From: a virus
Lineage: Duplodnaviria > Caudoviricetes
IMG/VR virus record: IMGVR_UViG_3300049170_000041
Span: 1 to 28,955 of that record
Direction: 5' to 3' (one strand)
Length of the DNA stretch: 28,955 nt
Shown: piece by piece, positions 14,835 through 24,212 of the stretch
Layout: every line of letters begins with the position of its first letter
How positions within the stretch are numbered: position 1 is the first letter of the stretch
Made by a program: the position numbers and the translations under genes
Notes under the pieces: model-generated
Seen by the model: the letters and a program-made list of their open reading frames with translations, nothing else
Databases searched by the model: none
Told to the model about the DNA's origin: nothing

Positions 14835-15187
14835 TGCCTCGCAAGGCCCTGCAGGTCTGCCCGACGCCTGGCTGCCCGAACCTGACCCCCCAGGGTCGAT
14901 GCCCCACCTGCCAGACCGAGGCCACCCGGACCCGCCCCCGGCACAAGGACGCAGGACGAGGCACCCGCTGGCGCAACGCCAGCACCGCATACCTCCAAGA
15001 CCATCCGTACTGCGAGTGCGACGCATGCGCCCCCCTGCCTCCCCTGCAGCGCGACCTCGCCACCGAGGTCGACCACATCGACGGCCTCGGCCCGCTCGGA
15101 CCCCGCGGCTACGACCCGTCCAACTGGCAGGCCATGAGCAAGAGACACCACGCCCGCAAGACCGCCCGGGAGACATGGGGCACGTGA
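14834..15187 (+). CDS. HNH endonuclease, packaging-associated, 117 aa
   Basis: CPTPGC..CPTC, HPYCEC, ATEVDHIDG..NWQAMSKRHHARKT; immediately upstream of terminase. Confidence 0.9.
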   Translation: MPRKALQVCPTPGCPNLTPQGRCPTCQTEATRTRPRHKDAGRGTRWRNASTAYLQDHPYCECDACAPLPPLQRDLATEVDHIDGLGPLGPRGYDPSNWQAMSKRHHARKTARETWGT

Positions 15188-15219
15188 ACTCCGAGTCTCA
15201 CTCTCCGTCGCCGGACCCA

Positions 15220-15295
15220 GGGGGGTGACCCCGCCGGCCCCGGGGGGAAACGACGCGGGGGAGGGCTCGACCTGGTCCGTCAGGTCAGAGGGTCC
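15220..15295. other. Probable cos/packaging-initiation region
   Basis: G-rich non-coding gap between HNH and terS (GGGGTGACCCC palindrome; CGCGGGGGAGGG). Position typical of HNH-assisted cos phages; the exact cut site cannot be determined. Confidence 0.4.
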
Positions 15296-15370
15296 GCCGA
15301 GGCCCCCCTGGCGTCACGCAACGTGATGCCGACGATGCTGCGCAAGGCGGCACGGTGAGGAGTGATCGCA

Positions 15371-15853
15371 ATGCCCCGAGGTGGACACGCTGCGTCTGGC
15401 CCGCCGCCGGACCCGAACGCACTGCGCCGCCGCCGGCCGTCCGACGCGGCCGGGTGGAAGACGCTGCCCGCCGAGGGTCGCACCGGTCCACTGCCCGAGT
15501 GGCCGCTGTCCGAGTCGACCGACCGCGAGTGGAACCTGTGGGCCGAGCTGTGGGAGAAGCCGCAGGCGGTGATGTGGGAGGAGATGGGCCAGGCCCTGGA
15601 GGTCGCCCTGTTCGTGCGGACTCTGGCGGAGGCCGAACGGCCGGACGCCCGGGTCGATATCAAGAAGATGATCCGCGGCTACCTCGACAGCCTCGGCCTG
15701 TCGGTCTCCGGCATGAACCGCAACCGCTGGCGGATCGCCCCCGTCATGGACACCGAGGCTGACGTGGTGCCGTTGGAGGCGGACCGCACCGAGCGGCGCC
15801 GGCCGTCGGCCCGGGACCGGCTGAAGGTCGTGCCCAGTGGCGAAGGCAGCTGA
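15371..15853 (+). CDS. terS: Terminase small subunit, ~160 aa
   Basis: Lies between HNH and terL; RBS GAGGAG; SGPPPDPNALRR..PQAVMWE..LGLS pattern. Confidence 0.8.
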   Translation: MPRGGHAASGPPPDPNALRRRRPSDAAGWKTLPAEGRTGPLPEWPLSESTDREWNLWAELWEKPQAVMWEEMGQALEVALFVRTLAEAERPDARVDIKKMIRGYLDSLGLSVSGMNRNRWRIAPVMDTEADVVPLEADRTERRRPSARDRLKVVPSGEGS

Positions 15854-17471
15854 GGCCGCCGCCGAGTTCGTCGTCGACTTCTCCACCCTCTGGATCGTCC
15901 CCGACTGGATCGAAGCCCACTGCCCGATCCCCGACGGCTTCCGCCAGGGCGAGGACCTGGAGCTGTACCCGTGGCAGCTGTGGTGCACCGTCAACCACTA
16001 CCGGGTCAAGCCCGGCGCCACCGTCGGGCAGCTCGCGCCGGCGTTCCACTACCGCCGATCCCAGATCGTCGCCCCGCAGAAGACCGGCAAGGGCCCCTGG
16101 TCCGCCACCATCACCCTGGCCGAAGCAGCTGGCCCGGTCGTCTTCAACGGCTGGGCCCGGGGCGGCGAGGTGTACCGGTGCTCTGCCCACGGCTGCAGCT
16201 GCGGCTGGTGGTACCAGTACGAGGCGGGCGAGCCGATGGGCACACCGTGGCCGACCCCGCTGATCCAGCTCGTGGCCACGGCCGAGGACCAGGTCGACAA
16301 CGTCTACCGGCCGCTGCGGAACATGGTGAAGCACGGGCCGCTGTCGGAGTTCATGCGGGTGGGCGAGGAGTTCACCCGCGTCGGCGACCAGGGCCGCATC
16401 GACACAGTGACCTCGTCGGCCATGAGCCGGCTGGGCAACCCGATCACGTTCGCCAACCAGGACGAGACGGGGCTGTGGACAACGGCGAACAAGCTGCGCC
16501 GGGTCGCCGAGACCCAGCGTCGTGGCCTGGCCGGCATGGGTGGCCGGTCGATGGAGACCACGAACGGGTGGGATCCGTCGGAGAACTCGGTGGCGCAGAC
16601 GACGTCGGAGTCCCGGGCCCGGGACATCTTCAAGTACCACCCGCAGGCGCCGAAGACCCTGTCCTACGCGAGCAAGAGGGATCGCCGGAAGATCCACACG
16701 GTGGTGTACGCCGGTTCCTCGCACGTCGACCTGGACGCGATCGAGGCCGAGGCCGCCGAGATCATGGAGAAGGACCCGGCGCAGGCCGAACGGTTCTTCG
16801 GCAACCGGTGCGTGGCCGGTTCGGCGTCCTGGATGGACGGGGCGAAGTGGGCGGCGAAGGCCGCACCACGGCACGTGCGCCCGCTGACCCGCATCGTCCT
16901 CGGGTTCGACGGCTCCGAGGTCGACGACTGGACGGCGATCCGGGCCGAGACGATGGACGGCTACCAGTTCACCCCGTTGTACGGGCCGAACGACGAGCCG
17001 ACCATCTGGAACCCGGCGGACTACGGCGGCCAGGTCCCGGCGGCCGAGGTGCACGCCGCGATGTCGCAGCTGATGGCCCGCTACGACGTGGTCCGGCTGT
17101 ACGCGGACCCGCCGTACTGGGAGACCGAGATCGACCAGTGGGTGGACCTGTACGGCGAGGAACGCGTCATCCGCTGGTACACCCGCCGCATCGTCCAGAT
17201 GCACGCCGCCTGCGAGCGGCTGAAGACGGACATCGTGCGAGGGGCCAGCGGCACCGTCACGTTCACCCACGACGGATGCCCGACCACCCAGGACCACATG
17301 GAGAACGCGCGCGCGGCCGCCCGCCCGATGGACCGCTACGTGCTGAAGAAGCCCAGCCCCAGCCAGAAGATCGACGCGGTCATTCCCAGCGTCCTGGCCC
17401 ACGAGGCGCTCGGCGACGTCATCGCCGCCGGCCTCGCGGAGAAGCAGATGAGTTTCTACTACGGCAGCTGA
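15837..17471 (+). CDS. terL: Terminase large subunit, 544 aa
   Basis: Walker A PQKTGKG, Walker B NQDE, motif III TTN, nuclease LGFDGS..DD and KIDA. Confidence 0.93.
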   Translation: MAKAAEAAAEFVVDFSTLWIVPDWIEAHCPIPDGFRQGEDLELYPWQLWCTVNHYRVKPGATVGQLAPAFHYRRSQIVAPQKTGKGPWSATITLAEAAGPVVFNGWARGGEVYRCSAHGCSCGWWYQYEAGEPMGTPWPTPLIQLVATAEDQVDNVYRPLRNMVKHGPLSEFMRVGEEFTRVGDQGRIDTVTSSAMSRLGNPITFANQDETGLWTTANKLRRVAETQRRGLAGMGGRSMETTNGWDPSENSVAQTTSESRARDIFKYHPQAPKTLSYASKRDRRKIHTVVYAGSSHVDLDAIEAEAAEIMEKDPAQAERFFGNRCVAGSASWMDGAKWAAKAAPRHVRPLTRIVLGFDGSEVDDWTAIRAETMDGYQFTPLYGPNDEPTIWNPADYGGQVPAAEVHAAMSQLMARYDVVRLYADPPYWETEIDQWVDLYGEERVIRWYTRRIVQMHAACERLKTDIVRGASGTVTFTHDGCPTTQDHMENARAAARPMDRYVLKKPSPSQKIDAVIPSVLAHEALGDVIAAGLAEKQMSFYYGS

Positions 17472-17482
17472 GAGGAGGACCG

Positions 17483-18970
17483 ATGGCGACCTACGAGCAG
17501 GCTCTCCACCTGGTGCAGCTGCTGGAGGCGGAGCTGATCGCACGCAGCGCCGGCATCACCCGGAACGACGCGTACTACCGCGGGAAGCATCCGCTGAAGT
17601 ACGCCTCCCAGGAGTTCGGGAAGTTCCACGGGGACCGCTACCGCGACTTCTCCGACAACTGGGTGCAGGTGGTAGCCGACAGTCCGGTCGAGCGGATGAC
17701 GGTGACCGGGTTTCAGGCATCGGGCGCCACGGACGCGGACAAGGACCTGTGGCGGGTGTGGCAGGTCAACGGCCTGGACGCCGACTCCCAGCTCGGGTTC
17801 CTCGGCTCGGTCGTGCACGGCCGGTCGTTCGTGCTGGTGTGGGGCGACCCGCGGAACCCGGACGTCCCGGTGGTCACGTTCGAGGATCCCGCGCAGTGCG
17901 TCATCGCCTACGAGCCGGGGTCGCGGCGGGAGCGGCGGGCCGCACTGAAGCGGTGGGAGGACGGCAACCAGGACTTCGCGACGCTGTACCTGGCCGACGA
18001 GGTGTGGAAGTTCTCCCGGCCGCGCCTGGCACAGAACAGCCTCGGCACGTCGGTACAGATGCAGGACGTGGACGAGGAGCTGAAGCGGTGGGCGCCCCGG
18101 GACATGGGCGCGGAGCCGAACCCTCAGGTGAACCCGCTCGGGGTCGTGCCGATGGTGGAGCTGCCGAACAAGCCGGTGCTGTCCGGTGATCCGATCAGCG
18201 ACGTGGCCGGTGTGGTCGCCATGCAGGACGCCATCAACCTGCTGTGGGCGCAGCTGTTCACCGCCTCCGACTACGCGTCCTTCCCGCAGCGGGTCATCAT
18301 GGGCGCCGAGCGGCCGGTCATCCCGAAGCTGAACGCGGCGGGCGAGGTAGTCGGCACCCAGCCGGTCGACCTGGAGAAGTTCGCCGTCGACCGCGTCATG
18401 ATGTTCTCCTCCAAGGACGCGAGGATCGGCGAGTGGCAGGCCGCCAACCTGGCCATGTACACCGGTCTGATCGAGGTAGCCGTCGGTCACCTCGCCGCCC
18501 AGACCCGCACCCCGCAGCACTACCTCATCGGGAAGATGGCCAACGTGGCCGAGGGGGCCCTGCTGGCCGCCGAGACCGGCCTGGTGAAGCGGGTCGAGGA
18601 GAAGCAGATCTGGTCCGGCCAGGGCCTGCGGGAGACGGCTCGGCTGATCGCCATGGCCCGGGGCGAGGACGAGAAGGCGGAGGCGCTGCGGTCCGGGCGG
18701 GTGCTGTGGAAGGACGCCGAGTCCCGCAGCCACGCGCAGATGGCCGACGCGCTGCTCAAGCTCAAGCAGTTGGGCTTCCCCTTCCAGTGGCTCGCGCTGC
18801 GCTACGGCCTCACCCCGACCGAGGTCGCCGACGTCCTGGCGATGAAGGAGGCTGAACTGGAGATGGACCCGGCCACCGAGCTGTCCCGGCAGCTGATCGG
18901 CTCCGCCCCGGGCACACAGCCGCCCGTCGTCGAGGGGGAGCCGGAGCCTGACGTCGAGGCGGCCGCATGA
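17483..18970 (+). CDS. Portal protein (SPP1 gp6-like), ~495 aa
   Basis: YYRGKH, NWVQVVADSPVERM, NGLD, GVVPMVELPN, FPQR; RBS GAGGAGG; follows terL. Confidence 0.92.
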   Translation: MATYEQALHLVQLLEAELIARSAGITRNDAYYRGKHPLKYASQEFGKFHGDRYRDFSDNWVQVVADSPVERMTVTGFQASGATDADKDLWRVWQVNGLDADSQLGFLGSVVHGRSFVLVWGDPRNPDVPVVTFEDPAQCVIAYEPGSRRERRAALKRWEDGNQDFATLYLADEVWKFSRPRLAQNSLGTSVQMQDVDEELKRWAPRDMGAEPNPQVNPLGVVPMVELPNKPVLSGDPISDVAGVVAMQDAINLLWAQLFTASDYASFPQRVIMGAERPVIPKLNAAGEVVGTQPVDLEKFAVDRVMMFSSKDARIGEWQAANLAMYTGLIEVAVGHLAAQTRTPQHYLIGKMANVAEGALLAAETGLVKRVEEKQIWSGQGLRETARLIAMARGEDEKAEALRSGRVLWKDAESRSHAQMADALLKLKQLGFPFQWLALRYGLTPTEVADVLAMKEAELEMDPATELSRQLIGSAPGTQPPVVEGEPEPDVEAAA

Positions 18971-19956
18971 GCCCCTCCCCGCAGGCCGTCGACCACCAGC
19001 GGGCCCGCGAGCGGGTCACGGAGGCCGCGGCCCGCGCCGCACAGCAGCTGTGGCGACAGGTCGACCCCCAGGACATCCGCTCCTCCTGGCTCGCGCTCCT
19101 GGTCCGCGTCCTGACGATCGTCTCCGGCGGGCAGCTCGCCGCCGCGCGCGCGACCGACCCATGGCTGTACGCGCTGCTGGAGCCGACCAGCGAGCAGGAG
19201 TCCGACGGGCAGCTCGTCCCGGGCGCGTTCGTCGGAGTGACCGGCGCCGGCGCCCCGCTGGCCGAGGCGCTCCTCGCCCCGATGTGGACGACGCTCGCCC
19301 AGGTCGCCCGGGACGTGCCCGTCGCGCACGCGCTGGCCCGCGGCGGGGCCGTCCTCGACATCGTCGCCCGCACGGCCATCGCCGACGCAGGCCGGGCCGC
19401 CGACTCGGTCGGCATGGTCGCCCGCCCGGCCGTCACCTCCTACGTCCGTGTCGTCGAGAGCGGCGCCTGCAACCGGTGCATCGTCCTGGCCGGCCGCGAG
19501 TACGGCGTCAGCAAGGCGTTCGCCCGGCATCCGCGCTGCCACTGCGGCATGGAGCCGGTGACCCGCGAGCACCGGCCCGAACCGGTCGACGCGAAGGACC
19601 TGTTCGACAAAATGTCCGCGGCCGAGAAGAAGAAGACGTTCGGCGAGGCCGCGGTCAAGGCCATCGAGGACGGCGCCGACATCGCCCAGGTCGTCAACGC
19701 GAGACGTGGCATGGCCTCGGCCGTGGTCTACGGGCAGAAGATCCTCAAGACGTCCGAGGGCGTCACCCGCCGGGGCATCGCCGGGCAGCGACTGCGCGGC
19801 TTCGAGAAGACCGGCGGGCAGCGCTTCGGCGCCGAGACCGGATCCCGCGCGCGCAGCAACCGGCCCCGGCTCATGCCCGAGGAGATCTACAAGCAGGCCG
19901 ACGGCGACCGCGACCACTCGCTGCGGCTGCTGCGCCTGCACGCCTACATCGTCTGA
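18967..19956 (+). CDS. Head morphogenesis/minor capsid protein (MuF-like), 329 aa
   Basis: Lies between portal and scaffold; ACNRCIVLAG and FARHPRCHC motifs. Confidence 0.8.
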   Translation: MSPSPQAVDHQRARERVTEAAARAAQQLWRQVDPQDIRSSWLALLVRVLTIVSGGQLAAARATDPWLYALLEPTSEQESDGQLVPGAFVGVTGAGAPLAEALLAPMWTTLAQVARDVPVAHALARGGAVLDIVARTAIADAGRAADSVGMVARPAVTSYVRVVESGACNRCIVLAGREYGVSKAFARHPRCHCGMEPVTREHRPEPVDAKDLFDKMSAAEKKKTFGEAAVKAIEDGADIAQVVNARRGMASAVVYGQKILKTSEGVTRRGIAGQRLRGFEKTGGQRFGAETGSRARSNRPRLMPEEIYKQADGDRDHSLRLLRLHAYIV

Positions 19957-20004
19957 CCCCGCCCGCGCGCAACGCACGGGCCCACACCCGCAACGGGAGA
20001 CACC

Positions 20005-20682
20005 ATGACCACGCCCAGCCCCGTCACGCCTGCCGCCGAGCCCGCCACGGACCCGGCCGCCGAGCCCGTCGAGCCGAACGAGCTGGACGACACGCTCGAC
20101 CCGGACAACGAGGCCGACCCGGAAGGCGCCGACCAGCTCGGCGACCCGGGCAAGAAGGCCCTGGACACCATGAAGGGCAAGTGGCAGGGCGAGCGCGACA
20201 AGCGCCGCGAGCTCGAGCGGCGCCTGGCCGAGCTGGAGAAGCCCGCCACCGGCGAGACACCCGACCCGGAGGCGCTCGTCCGCCAGGCCGAGCAGACCGC
20301 CATGTCCCGCGTGAACGAACGCATCGTGCGGGCCGAGGTGAAGGCCGCGGCCGCCGGGAAGCTCGCCGACCCGGCCGACGCCTACCGCTTCCTCGACCTG
20401 GCCCAGATCGAGGTGGACGCCGACGGCAACGTCGACGCCGACGAGGTCGCCGAAGCGATCGACGACCTGCTGAAGACCAAGCCCTACCTCGCCGCGCAAG
20501 GCGGCACCCAGCGGCCCCGCTTTCAGGGGACCGCTGACTCCGGCGCCCGCAAGGGGAACGCCCGGCCCACCCAGCTCACCGAGGCGGACGTCAAGCGTCT
20601 GTCCGCGGCGGGCCGCCACGCCGACATCGTCAAGGCCCAGAACGAGGGCCGCCTCGACGACTACCTCGGCCTCACCCCGTAA
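20005..20682 (+). CDS. Capsid scaffolding protein, 225 aa
   Basis: Acidic Pro-rich N-terminus, LGDPGKKAL, coiled coil, KPYLAA; precedes the capsid gene. Confidence 0.85.
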   Translation: MTTPSPVTPAAEPATDPAAEPVEPNELDDTLDPDNEADPEGADQLGDPGKKALDTMKGKWQGERDKRRELERRLAELEKPATGETPDPEALVRQAEQTAMSRVNERIVRAEVKAAAAGKLADPADAYRFLDLAQIEVDADGNVDADEVAEAIDDLLKTKPYLAAQGGTQRPRFQGTADSGARKGNARPTQLTEADVKRLSAAGRHADIVKAQNEGRLDDYLGLTP

Positions 20683-20703
20683 CCCCCTTTCGAGGAGAAC
20701 CCG

Positions 20704-21555
20704 ATGGCCATCAGTGCCTTCAAGCCGGAAGTCTGGAACGCCAATCTCCTGGTCACCCTGGAGAAGTCCCACGTCTACGCCGCCCCCGGCATCGTGAACC
20801 GCGACTACGAGGGCGACATCGCCAACTACGGCGACACCGTCCACATCGTCGGGCTCGCCGAGCCGACGATCGGCACCTACACCCCCCACGTCGACATCAC
20901 CATCGAGGACGTCGACGACACCGACGCCACCCTCGTCATCGACCAGTCGAAGTATTTCGCGTTCGAGGTCGACGACGTCGAGAAGCGGCAGGCGTTCAAC
21001 GGCGGCCGCGTCCTGACCGAGCAGGCCCGCAAGGCCGCGTACAAGCTCCGCGACACCGCCGACGCCTACGTGGCCGGCCTCATGGCCGCCGGGGTCGACG
21101 CGGGCAACTTGATCGCCGAGCAGACCCTGGCCGCCGCCAGCGACGCCTACGACCTGCTCGTCGACCTCGGCACGATCCTCGACGAGGACAACGTCCCGGA
21201 CGAAGGCCGCTGGGTTGTCGTCACGCCCGGGTTCTACGGCCTGCTCCTGAAGGACAGCCGGTTCGTCGGCTCCGGTGACACAGCCGCAGCGATGACCCGC
21301 ACCAACGGCATCGTCGGCGAGGCCGCCGGGTTCTCCATCCGCAAGTCCAACAACGCCCCCAACGGCCCGGGCGCCGGCGCGGGCAAGCTCGTCATCGCCG
21401 GATACAACGGCGCCGTGTCCTACGCCGAGCAGATCAACAAGACCGAGGCGACCCGCAAGGAGAAGGGCTTCGCGGACATCGTGAAGGGCCTGCACCTGTA
21501 CGGCGCGAAGGTCGTCCGCCCGACCGGCCTGGCCGCTGCGGACGTGATTGTCTGA
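20704..21555 (+). CDS. Major capsid protein (P22-coat-like family), 283 aa
   Basis: FKPEVW, VNRDYEGDI..GDTVHI, IDQSKYFAFEVDD, VPDEGRWVVV, KGLHLYGAKVVRP. Confidence 0.92.
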   Translation: MAISAFKPEVWNANLLVTLEKSHVYAAPGIVNRDYEGDIANYGDTVHIVGLAEPTIGTYTPHVDITIEDVDDTDATLVIDQSKYFAFEVDDVEKRQAFNGGRVLTEQARKAAYKLRDTADAYVAGLMAAGVDAGNLIAEQTLAAASDAYDLLVDLGTILDEDNVPDEGRWVVVTPGFYGLLLKDSRFVGSGDTAAAMTRTNGIVGEAAGFSIRKSNNAPNGPGAGAGKLVIAGYNGAVSYAEQINKTEATRKEKGFADIVKGLHLYGAKVVRPTGLAAADVIV

Positions 21556-22052
21556 TGGCCGGCACCGAGCACCTGAACGACGGCGATGAGATCCGCCTCC
21601 TGGGATCCGGCGGCGCGCCCGTGCTGCTGACCGTGGGCCGCCCGTTCTCCGCCGAGCAGATCGAGCGGCGGCTGCAGTCCGGAGAATGGCGGCGCGAGGG
21701 TGACAAGGCCCCCGAGACCGAGCCCGGCGACGGCCCGCAGCCGCGCACGGAGAAGCTGTCCAAACCTTCGGACGACCCGGGCCCGGGACCGACACCCCGC
21801 ACGGAGAAGCTCTCCAAGCCGGAGGACCGGCCGGACGACGGGCCGCAGCCGCGCCGCGAGTTCCTCTCCGAGCCCGGCCACCGGCCCGACCAGGACCTCG
21901 CGGCCGACGACGACGTCCCGAGTGACCCGCAGCGTCCGGCGGACACCGCGGCCAAGAGCGAGTGGGTCAAGTACATCGCCCGCACGCACCACATGTCCCG
22001 CGAGGACGCGTCCAACTACACCAAGGCCGACCTGATCAGCATGGCCGACTGA
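21555..22052 (+). CDS. Virion-associated protein with internal repeats, 165 aa
   Basis: TGATG coupling to the capsid gene; repeats PRTEKLSKP x2 and DGPQPR x2; C-terminal RPADTAAKSEWVKY..TKADLI. Confidence 0.75.
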   Translation: MAGTEHLNDGDEIRLLGSGGAPVLLTVGRPFSAEQIERRLQSGEWRREGDKAPETEPGDGPQPRTEKLSKPSDDPGPGPTPRTEKLSKPEDRPDDGPQPRREFLSEPGHRPDQDLAADDDVPSDPQRPADTAAKSEWVKYIARTHHMSREDASNYTKADLISMAD

Positions 22053-22068
22053 CAGGAAGGGGGCCGAC

Positions 22069-22662
22069 GTGCCACTGGACCCGCTCGCAACCGTCGACGA
22101 CCTCACGGTCCGCGGCATGGCCGTGGCACCGGACGAGGCTGCCATGGCGGCCGTCTACCTGGACGTAGCCTCAACGGCCGTGCGGGACGCCGCCGGTACG
22201 GCCATCTCCCGCACTACCTCCACGGTGGCCCTCGAAGGGGGGGCCGGGCAGTGGTTGACGCTGCCCGGGATGCCCGTTCACGAGGTCTCCGTCGTCCAGC
22301 TCGACGGCCGCCCGGTCACCGACTGGAAGCTCCGTTCCGGGCGCCTGTGGCTGGCTGGCGGCTGGACGGGCTGTGAGCCCTCCGAGGTCGAGGTCACCTA
22401 CACCCACGGCCTGGTCGAGGTCCCCGCCGACATCGTCGACCTGGTGTGCCGCATGGCCGCGGCCGCCGTGGTCGCCTACCGGTCGGCGGAGGGCGGCGAG
22501 GGCATGGCCGCGTCCCGCGAGGTGACAGCCGAGCGCCTCGGCGACTGGTCAGTGTCCTACGCCAGCGACGGAAGGGTCTCCACCATGGAACTCACCCAGC
22601 ACTGGCGCGACCGTCTCGCCGCCCGCTTCGGGTCCAGCGTCACCGCGCTGAGGTCCCGATGA
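22069..22662 (+). CDS. Head-tail adaptor, 197 aa
   Basis: LATVDDL, EVTYTHG..VPADIVDLVC, ERLGDWSVSY; gene position. Confidence 0.85.
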   Translation: MPLDPLATVDDLTVRGMAVAPDEAAMAAVYLDVASTAVRDAAGTAISRTTSTVALEGGAGQWLTLPGMPVHEVSVVQLDGRPVTDWKLRSGRLWLAGGWTGCEPSEVEVTYTHGLVEVPADIVDLVCRMAAAAVVAYRSAEGGEGMAASREVTAERLGDWSVSYASDGRVSTMELTQHWRDRLAARFGSSVTALRSR

Positions 22663-23003
22663 CGGGCATCGGCCGCCTCCTCAACCGGGAGCTCACCGTG
22701 TGGCGAACACAGACCGTCCCGGACGGAGCCGGCGGCGAGGAGACCACCACGGGCCAGGTGGCCACCGTGCGGGCGAAGGTCGACCAGCCATCGCCCGCCG
22801 AACGCCTTGTCGCCGCGCAGGCCGGGTCCAAGCACTCCCACGACATCTGGCTCCTGCCCACGGCCGACGTGGAGCGCGGCGACGAGCTGCGCGGCACCGA
22901 CGCCCTGGGCACCGAGCAGGTGTTCCGCGTTCTGTCCGTCGTGCAGCCGTCCCGGCCGATCTACTCCAAGGCGTTCGCCGAGCTCGTTCAAGAGGAGAGC
23001 TGA
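22659..23003 (+). CDS. Head closure (head-tail stopper) protein, 114 aa
   Basis: DGAGG and DVERGDEL motifs; ATGA overlap; gene position. Confidence 0.85.
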   Translation: MTGIGRLLNRELTVWRTQTVPDGAGGEETTTGQVATVRAKVDQPSPAERLVAAQAGSKHSHDIWLLPTADVERGDELRGTDALGTEQVFRVLSVVQPSRPIYSKAFAELVQEES

Positions 23004-23004
23004 C

Positions 23005-23415
23005 ATGGCCAGGCGCGGCCGCCGCCGAGGCGGAACCGTGCGCGGGCAGGGCCCGATCACGATCCAGATCGAGGGCCTGGAACGGCTCACCGCCCAGCTG
23101 CAGGACCTCCCGCCCGACATCCGGCAGGCCTGCTTCAAGGCCCTGAAGGAGGCGGCCGAGGCCGTCATCACCGACGTGAAGGGCACGGTCAAGGTCGACT
23201 CCCACAACCTGCAGAACTCCGTCAAGGCCCGCTACGAGAACAACCGGCTGCAGGCTGAGATCGGATGGTGGGACGCCGACGACGGCTATGCGGTCTACCA
23301 GGAGTTCGGCACCAGCAAGATGCCTGCCAACCCGTCGCTCGGCCCCGCCCTGGAAGCCGAGCGCAACCGGATCGGCGACCGGGTCACGGCCGAAGTGAGG
23401 AAGGTGCTGCCGTGA
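23005..23415 (+). CDS. HK97 gp10-family neck/tail-completion protein, 136 aa
   Basis: IEGLERL, VDSHNLQNS, YAVYQEFGTSKMPANPSLGPA. Confidence 0.88.
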   Translation: MARRGRRRGGTVRGQGPITIQIEGLERLTAQLQDLPPDIRQACFKALKEAAEAVITDVKGTVKVDSHNLQNSVKARYENNRLQAEIGWWDADDGYAVYQEFGTSKMPANPSLGPALEAERNRIGDRVTAEVRKVLP

Positions 23416-23831
23416 CGACGTCGCCCCTGCCGTTCCTCGACGTTCAGACCGCGCTGTACGCCAAGCTCACGGGCGATCCCGCGCTCATGGGCCTGGTGAC
23501 CGGCGTGCACGATTTCGTGCCCGAGACGGCCGTCTACCCGTACATCCACCTCGGCGAGGCGATCGAGACGCCCCGCAATGCGCACGACCGGTTCGGCCGC
23601 GAGACCGTCCCGACGCTGCACGTGTGGGACCAGTACCGCGGCTACAAACGAGTGCTGCAGATCGGCGCCCGCATCAACGCACTCCTCGACCACCAGCCGC
23701 TCACGATCCCCGGCCTCAAGCACGTGGCGACCCGGTACGAGTTCGGCCAGCCGCTTACCGACCCCGAACCGCCCGGCGACATCCGGCACCTGGTGCTCCG
23801 CTACCGGATCGTCACCGAACAGACCCCCTGA
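23412..23831 (+). CDS. Tail terminator (DUF3168-like), 139 aa
   Basis: QTALYAKL..VHDFVP..YPYIHLG..LHVW..RHLVLRYR. Confidence 0.85.
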   Translation: MTTSPLPFLDVQTALYAKLTGDPALMGLVTGVHDFVPETAVYPYIHLGEAIETPRNAHDRFGRETVPTLHVWDQYRGYKRVLQIGARINALLDHQPLTIPGLKHVATRYEFGQPLTDPEPPGDIRHLVLRYRIVTEQTP

Positions 23832-23868
23832 CCCGCCCCCGCGCGGGCGCACGCAGACAGGAGCCCAC

Positions 23869-24210
23869 ATGGCCGCCCTGACCGCCACATCCGTCTCCAG
23901 CGCCGCGGGCATCGCCGACCTGGCCGCCGCCGCGACCGCTGCGGCCGGAGGCGGCGACACCGCCCCCTGCGGGCCCGGCTACGCGCTCGTCGTCTTCAAC
24001 GGCGACGCGTCCCCGCACACGGCCACGATCGCGACCCCGGGCACGAAGAACGGGTTCGCCCTCGCTGACGCCACCCTCACCGTCGCGGCTGGCGACGTCG
24101 GGATCATCGCGCTCGGCAGCGAGTTCCGCGGCGCCAACGACCGGGCCGCGATCACCTACGACGGCGTCACCTCCGTGACCGTCGCCGTCATCCACCTGAA
24201 GGGAGCCTGA
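23869..24210 (+). CDS. Small beta-rich virion protein, 113 aa
   Basis: RBS CAGGAG; Ala/Gly/Thr-rich; lies between terminator and tail tube genes. Confidence 0.75.
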   Translation: MAALTATSVSSAAGIADLAAAATAAAGGGDTAPCGPGYALVVFNGDASPHTATIATPGTKNGFALADATLTVAAGDVGIIALGSEFRGANDRAAITYDGVTSVTVAVIHLKGA

Positions 24211-24212
24211 CC

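Noticed and set aside
14834-15187. HNH as a homing endonuclease, toxin or defence nuclease
   Set aside because: Its size and position directly before terS fit the common packaging-associated HNH.
15971-17482. Apparent 999-aa portal with a long N-terminal extension
   Set aside because: The extension is an R/G/P-rich alternative frame of terL; the strong RBS places the start at 17483.
18802-21795. 997-aa minus-strand ORF (likewise 4212-6332, 6437-7798, 15744-17543, 25167-26690, and 791-2083 on plus)
   Set aside because: Antisense shadows of genuine genes, expected in high-GC3 DNA; no recognisable motifs.
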